DNA of 64,000 nt from Novakomyces olei (lineage: Eukaryota), in NCBI GenBank assembly GCA_016906335.1, contig JADEYG010000003.1, positions 496,001 to 560,000 of the forward strand, read 5' to 3'. Position 1 is the first letter of the stretch. Each line of letters starts with the position of its first letter. The translations under genes were made by a program, and so were the position numbers. This document shows positions 57,764 to 64,000 of this stretch, in pieces. The notes under the pieces were generated by a model. It was not told where the DNA came from and made no database searches. It saw only the letters and a program-made list of their open reading frames with translations.

Positions 57764-59646
57764 TCAATTCCGGCGAGCACCTTGAATCGACTTTACAATA
57801 TTGAGTGCGAGACAAATAACCATCACCAAAACTCCATACACAGCCAGTGCCAAAGCTCCGTTCATCAGGATTGTATGCTTTCGTGACCAAGGCGAAGAAA
57901 GCCTTTCCACCCCATCAGGAGTAGACGGACTCGCCCTCTCTGTATTATCATCCGAAAGCAAAGCTGCAGACGCATCTGTTTCTGATTCTGCTAACGATCC
58001 GCGTTGGCCATCAAAGAAATCACTTTCACTTTCGATATTGCTTATGGATCTTGAAGCAGATTCGCGGGCTCTTTCATCTCGGATTATTTTCCAGTAAAAG
58101 ATGCCGGGGAGAATAAAACTTATACTCGTAGATCCGGTTGCGCCCACATATGCCAGCATTGTATCAAGCGACTTTACGGAAATCGCAGTCAAAAAGGAAA
58201 CAAATAAGATTGCGCTAGTAAGTGCTGAATACTTGAAGGGGCTGGCTTGTGAGTAATAGTGAATTAGAAGACCAAAACAAAATTCGAAAAGAAAAATCTA
58301 ATAGAAAAAACAAATAAAAAAAAAGTTCAAAAATGAACAACAACAAAAAAAAATAAAATTAAATAAAACAACAAAATAATTAATTGATTGTACGCTCACC
58401 TTTGATCATCGTTAGACCATAGTATCTTTGACAAACTGGCTCGGCAAGGATGACATTGCAGGGGATAAGAAAACAACAGTAGCAAGGCAATAGCGGCCCG
58501 ACCGATGGTAGAGGCCACAGAAGGAGCATACATTGAAATAATATTGCTGTTGACATTATCGCCAAAAGAAAGGTAGCCACAAACTGATACTGTTGCATAA
58601 ATAGCAGCGGCTATTCCCACGGCTGTATAAATGACACCAGTAAGAGCACGCTTAGAATCGTCATTTATTTCATTTACAACAGAAAATATCTGTATGGTCA
58701 GAGAACATCACCAAAATAAGCAAAACAAAAATAAAAACTTTATAAATAAGCAAACACACTAAGACCCACATTTTGATGGCACGTAAACGCGAATACAAAC
58801 ACGGGCAGTGTTGTTAAAAAACTCCATCCGTTTTCTATTTGAATATAGTGAATTTCTCCCCTCTGATCCAGTGTATCACCTATGATAAAGTGGGTAACAA
58901 CGATGACAACGAGGTAGGCCACAGCCATAAGTGCGACAACGGAAACGTAGCGCAGCGAATCCAGACGACGGAAAAAAGCTGCTGGAGTGATGAAAACCCT
59001 AAAAATAAAATTAGCAATTTCATTAAACGTTGTTTAAACGTGTTTTCCTGATCCATTTATTCCTTCCTATTGCCACTCTTTTGCAAGCCATTTCCACTTT
59101 TTTGCAAGTCATTTCTCAGTCACGTACATTGAGACGGCGATATAGAACCGCCGATCAGACAGGAAAGGCACGTCTGCGGCCCGTGGGAATATCGACGCTA
59201 CGATTTGAGGCAAAAGGTCACCCAAAACGATCAAATACGAGACAGCTACGCCAAAGCATTTCACAGCAATAGCAGAGTCAAACTAAGATAAGCGATGAAA
59301 AGGCGATTTAAAGCGAAATAATAATGTATCGTTAAACCGGCAAGTTTTTCTCTTCCCTTACCAGAATTGCCGCAGCAGGGTACGTTTGTTTTGCAACGGA
59401 GAAGAAACTAGCGTTTCCCTTCTCAATACGCACAGCGCAGCGAGTAAGCAGGTACAGTCCGCTGGCGGAGGCTAAAGCCGACAGGATAATGACGACAAGG
59501 CCGACTAATAAGCCCGTCGAAGCAAACGCGTGAGGCATTGCTAGCAGACCTGCACCCACAATTGTATTAGCCAAATTGGCAATTGAACCTGTCCATGACG
59601 CGGTTCCGACGGCCGACGCCGCACTGCTGCCTGCCGGGGTCGCCAT
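57764..59646 (-). CDS. Vacuolar amino acid transporter (Avt5/6/7 family), 5 exons
   Basis: NLANTIVGAGLLAMP, FDSAIAVKCFGVAVSYL, LDSLRY, FAFTCHQN, SYPLQCHPCR, VGATGSTSISFILPG. Confidence 0.92.
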
Positions 59647-59715
59647 TCTACATTATAAGGCTGCCGATAAGGTTAATTTGTAATACTGTATAACAAAAAA
59701 TGGATGGAATAAATC

Positions 59716-59873
<158 letters not shown>

Positions 59874-59899
59874 TCGATTTTCATACTGACACATCCAAA

Positions 59900-60739
59900 A
59901 TGACTATTCTACAGGAGGAGCAGCAACAAGACGACTGCGCAATATGCTTAGACGCGCTGAGGGACAAAGCAGTGCTTTTGCCTTGCCGGCATGACTGCTT
60001 TGACTACGAATGTATATCTCGCTGGTTGGAGACAGCCGAGGTCTGTCCTATGTGTAAGCAGGTTGCGACGAGTGTCCTGTACGATATAAAGAGCCCAGAC
60101 TGCTTTCGGCGCAGGGCAGTGAGCCGACGGAAGCGAGAGCGGCAACACCTTCTGCCTCGAGGCCGCTGGGGTCTGTCTACAAGGCCGCCGGATACAAGTG
60201 CCGCGCTTAATGCGTCTGATGAACAGTGCTTGGAGAGACGCAAGTTCATTTACCGCCACAGGCTGCGAGCAAGGCATATCGGCAACAACCGATGGTCGAG
60301 GTTCCAGGCCGTCAGTCCTGAAGCATTTCGCAGTGACGAGAGTCTTGTGCGAAGGCTGCGTCTTTTTCTGAGACGAGAACTTCAGGTATTCGCCTTTCTT
60401 GATCGATCTACCATCGAGTTTACGTGCGAGTATATTGCCGCCCTTTTGCGCGATATGGATATTCAATCAGCGGCAGTGGCAGACTTGACGGCAGACATGC
60501 TGGGACGGGAGAACGCTTGTATCCTGCTACACGAACTCCATACGTTTTTACGGTCGCCTTTTGAGGAGCTGCGGAGGTACGACTGCAGCGAGCTTGTGCA
60601 GTATGATATTCCAGTGCCTCGAGTACACGAGACCTGGTCTACACCCGAGATCACTCTGCCGCCGCGACAGCGGTCTGCTTCGCCAGAAATTCGGCACGAA
60701 CGAGAGCTGAGTGAATTCTACGCTAGACTTAACCGGTAG
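59900..60739 (+). CDS. C3HC4 RING E3 ligase (Topors-like)
   Basis: CAICLD..LPCRHDCFDYECISRW..CPMCK; RRKFIY, FLRRELQVF, LLHELHTFLRSPF..YD..VQY. Confidence 0.82.
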   Translation: MTILQEEQQQDDCAICLDALRDKAVLLPCRHDCFDYECISRWLETAEVCPMCKQVATSVLYDIKSPDCFRRRAVSRRKRERQHLLPRGRWGLSTRPPDTSAALNASDEQCLERRKFIYRHRLRARHIGNNRWSRFQAVSPEAFRSDESLVRRLRLFLRRELQVFAFLDRSTIEFTCEYIAALLRDMDIQSAAVADLTADMLGRENACILLHELHTFLRSPFEELRRYDCSELVQYDIPVPRVHETWSTPEITLPPRQRSASPEIRHERELSEFYARLNR

Positions 60740-60888
60740 TGCGCGTGTGCCATATCTTGCGCAATGCTCGGTTTTGTAATGGGGAAATGAAGTTGTTTTG
60801 AGCGGAGACATTGAGGCGTACTGTTTTTTTGTTTTTTTTTGGGGGGTTGTTTGTCACACAATGCTAGTGGCAATTTGGACCACTGCCG

Positions 60889-61220
60889 ATAAATGAATAA
60901 ATGAATAAATGAATAAATGAATAAATGAATAAATGAATAAATGAATAAATGAATAAATGAATAAATGAATAAATGAATAAATGAATAAATGAATAAATGA
61001 ATAAATGAATAAATGAATAAATGAATAAATGAATAAATGAATAAATGAATAAATGAATAAATGAATAAATGAATAAATGAATAAATGAATAAATGAATAA
61101 ATGAATAAATGAATAAATGAATAAATGAATAAATGAATAAATGAATAAATGAATAAATGAATAAATGAATAAATGAATAAATGAATAAATGAATAAATGA
61201 ATAAATGAATAAATGAATAA
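60889..61220. repeat. (TAAATGAA)n octamer satellite, about 41 copies
   Basis: Perfect tandem array between the RING gene and SMI1. Confidence 0.98.
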
Positions 61221-61777
61221 TGAATATGATAATTTAACTAATTTATATATATTAACGTAATTAATTAAACAAGCAGAGAACATACAAATAGACGCACATT
61301 ACATATTATAATATATAAACCACTAATAATGCTAAAGTGTATGCTTTTATATTGAGTGTATATTTTCACGGTGATATTCTAACAGCGATATTTTCATGGC
61401 GATATTTTCATGGTGAGTATTTTGGTTTATATATACTACATTAGGTATAGGGAGGACTTTCAGTTACGTATATAATAAAAATAGCAAATATAAAAAGCAA
61501 GTATACGCCGATACTCATGTTTACGTTTTTCAGCGTAACGGTACTTTGACCAGTTTTGCCCGCACGAGCAGGTTTGGTCGGACTCGAGTGCGACGACAGT
61601 CCTTGCGTTTCACGGTACCACTCGCTTTACCTGCAATTGCTCTTATTTCCCTGATTCTAAGCACGTCAATTGTGCTTTGCTCTTCTCTTGCCTTTCCATC
61701 ATTTACCACTCGGCGAGCCATCAACTTGACACCTTTTATCGCAGATCAACGCCCGCTCATCTCTTATTGTAAGACTA

Positions 61778-61837
61778 TTTGTCTCAATTCAAAGCTCTTT
61801 GTCTCAATTTAAGCTCTTTGTCTCAATTCAAAGCTCT
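61778..61837. repeat. 3 x TTTGTCTCAATTCAAAGCTC tandem repeat
   Basis: About 20-bp unit (middle copy degenerate) ending about 90 bp upstream of the SMI1 ATG. Confidence 0.85.
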
Positions 61838-61924
61838 CGGCAAAGTGTAACGGGACCAACAAAAGAACCGGCACAAACTTTTGGCACAGTCTCCTATTCT
61901 CATACTATTCGTTCGCTATCGGCA

Positions 61925-63502
61925 ATGTACCCGCTAAAACGTGCTCTTGCCAATGTGTCGTCGTACTTTGACTCGCTCACGTCGTCAAACAGGCACGCGG
62001 CAGCGAACAGTGAGAGCAGCGACAGACGGCCGTACTTGCCCGGGAGTTTCCGAGTAGGAGGATCTAGCAATGGACTCGCCGCTGCGGGACTCGGGCGAGG
62101 CCAGGGTGAGGGCGAAGCGCTGAACGCGTCAGCCTCCTTTTCCACGTACGATCTGACTTCGCCGACTACGGATTCCTCACATTTGGGTGGCGGAGGCGTG
62201 GAGAGACCCTCCACGTCTACTGCCTCCCTTGTCCAGTACGGAGCCGGGCCCCGTGACGATAGTAGAGGCAGTATAGTGCTGCAGGATTTCGGGCAGGACG
62301 GGTACGCTCTACCGCCTCCAGTGACCGATTCCTGGAGGCGCATTGACCGCTGGGCGGATACGTGCTACCACGAACTGTGGTGCCAGCTCTCCTACCCAGC
62401 AACAGAGGCAGATGTCTCTAGCCTCGAGCAGGCGATCGGGTGCAATCTGCCACAGGATGTACGAGAGTCTTTCTTTGTACACGACGGACAGGACCGTGGA
62501 GGGCTGCCGACGGGTATCTTTTGTGGCATCGCTCTGCTCGATATCGAGGAAGTTCAAGAGGAACATGATGTATGGAAAGTCGTTGCGCAAAGGTACAAGC
62601 CTTTCCCGAGCCAGTCACGCACCGTCCTTGATTTGATTGCCCGGCAGGATTCAGTGCCGGAGGGAGCAGTGCAAAAGCTATACTCCCACCCTGGCTGGAT
62701 CCCACTGGCCAAGGATTTTGTGGGCAACAATATCGGCGTAGATTTAGCCCCGGGACCCGTGGGCGTATGGGGCCAGGTCATCTTGTTTGGCAGGGATTTC
62801 GATAAAAAGTACGTGGTGGCCAAGTCCTGGGGCGCGTTTTTAGCTACTTTTGCCGATGATTTGGAGGGAGGCAGCTGGGTCATCGACGAGGAGACTGGAG
62901 AGTTGTACATGCACGAGGGCGATGCTTCTGCTGAGCGGCTCAGTTATATCGCTCTGCTTAAACGCCGGGCAGATCGGCGCATGAAGCTGCGAGAGTCTAA
63001 TGAGAAAGTATCGAGCTACATGACGGACAGCAAGGGGAAAAGCCCCGTTCTTTCCAGTGTAGTAACAAGCCGGCCATTGAGGACTACAGTACAGGAAACC
63101 AAGGAGGAAAAGGAAAAGGACGACGCTGCCCCGCTAATTGGCAGCGACGATGGCGATGTTTTGGGGGCAAAGAATAATATCGAGAATAAGAATGATGTTG
63201 GAAATGGTATTGAAAACAATATTACAAACAATATCGAAAACGATATTATTATCGATAAGAATGTGGAGAATAATGACTCTGAAAACACTGGCAGCGTTTC
63301 CCAGCTGGAGGCAGACACTTCTGGAGTTCAGCCTGCCTCCGCCGCTTCGGACGAGCCAGTGATTGTTGAACATGAAGCAAATAATGGACCGGCTGATGGA
63401 GCGCAAGGTCTTGAATCAGGCAGTCAAGCGAATAATGTATCATTGACAGAGAGTGATGATGGTAACGCGAATACCGGTTCAATACCCGACCAGCAGATTT
63501 AA
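61925..63502 (+). CDS. SMI1: Cell wall/glucan synthesis regulator Smi1/Knr4
   Basis: SWRRIDRWA, LPQDVRESFFVHDGQ, YSHPGWIPLAKDFVGNNIGVDLAPGP..WGQVILFGRDFD; first ATG at 61925. Confidence 0.95.
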   Translation: MYPLKRALANVSSYFDSLTSSNRHAAANSESSDRRPYLPGSFRVGGSSNGLAAAGLGRGQGEGEALNASASFSTYDLTSPTTDSSHLGGGGVERPSTSTASLVQYGAGPRDDSRGSIVLQDFGQDGYALPPPVTDSWRRIDRWADTCYHELWCQLSYPATEADVSSLEQAIGCNLPQDVRESFFVHDGQDRGGLPTGIFCGIALLDIEEVQEEHDVWKVVAQRYKPFPSQSRTVLDLIARQDSVPEGAVQKLYSHPGWIPLAKDFVGNNIGVDLAPGPVGVWGQVILFGRDFDKKYVVAKSWGAFLATFADDLEGGSWVIDEETGELYMHEGDASAERLSYIALLKRRADRRMKLRESNEKVSSYMTDSKGKSPVLSSVVTSRPLRTTVQETKEEKEKDDAAPLIGSDDGDVLGAKNNIENKNDVGNGIENNITNNIENDIIIDKNVENNDSENTGSVSQLEADTSGVQPASAASDEPVIVEHEANNGPADGAQGLESGSQANNVSLTESDDGNANTGSIPDQQI

Positions 63503-64000
63503 CTGCGTTGATCTATAGGCTACCATTCTTCTTTTAAAATCAGCATTTTGTCGGGTGTTTATGGAACGTTTATCGAATTGCATTTCTATGTTTAATTTAT
63601 TTACTTTTGCTTTATTCTGAATCTATTTATATATTCATTTGTTTATTCATTTATACTTTTATTTTGTTCAGATTAAATTATCCCGTTATTCCAATTTGAT
63701 TGTTCGCCGTACTGTTTAGCTTTTCCCTCTTGCCAATTTTGGATTCAGTTCTACATCATGTCTTTATTACAATATGCCCCTCTTTTCCGAATGCCAAGCA
63801 ATTATACGAGAAACAAGTTTGACGGCTTCTTCTTAGATCACAACATACCTGTCTGCGTCAAGAGCTCTCCTTTTTTTTTTTTTTTTGTATCGTTAGTTTA
63901 GAATACACATATTCTAATGGTTCATCTCTTTGTCATTTGCTCTATTCTATTATTATGGTCTTTGTCCATACTTGGAGTCCTGTTGTGTGAACTTTGACAG

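Noticed and set aside
60889-61220. CRISPR-like or telomeric array
   Set aside because: No spacers, eukaryotic context, no G-rich strand, internal location

Overview
Eukaryotic, gene-dense, intron-rich ascomycete fungal DNA, not prokaryotic. Histone H3/H4 C-termini ([32 protein letters not shown]), AACCCT-type promoter boxes and tiny introns suggest Taphrinomycotina (fission-yeast relatives); this placement is inference. I reconstructed by hand 28 protein-coding genes with roughly 65 spliceosomal introns: PSF3, DOHH/LIA1, a DDT/WHIM-like protein, a Pex22-like protein, PAB1, a USP-domain protein, RSM7, rhodanese, GST, pentafunctional ARO1, an Rpn4/Rsv2-like zinc finger, an H3-H4 pair, TAE1, MET7, TFB1, HUL5, an alpha/beta hydrolase, TTI2, MAPEG, CYS2, a LAG1-type ceramide synthase, TCD, ACP1, SHO1, an AVT transporter, a RING protein and SMI1. 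No tRNA, rRNA, CRISPR or transposon was recognised. Most notable: (1) ARO1 has a catalytically degenerate type I dehydroquinase domain; (2) H3 has a rewritten K27 context; (3) very long pure AT microsatellites fill promoters with consistent strand polarity; (4) splice signals are relaxed (many AAG and two GAG acceptors) and several 3n introns are stop-free, some encoding hydrophobic inserts; (5) a 3.2-kb region without a credible ORF holds a nested-helix structured-RNA candidate with telomerase-template-like motifs (speculative). All coordinates and counts are manual and no database search was run.
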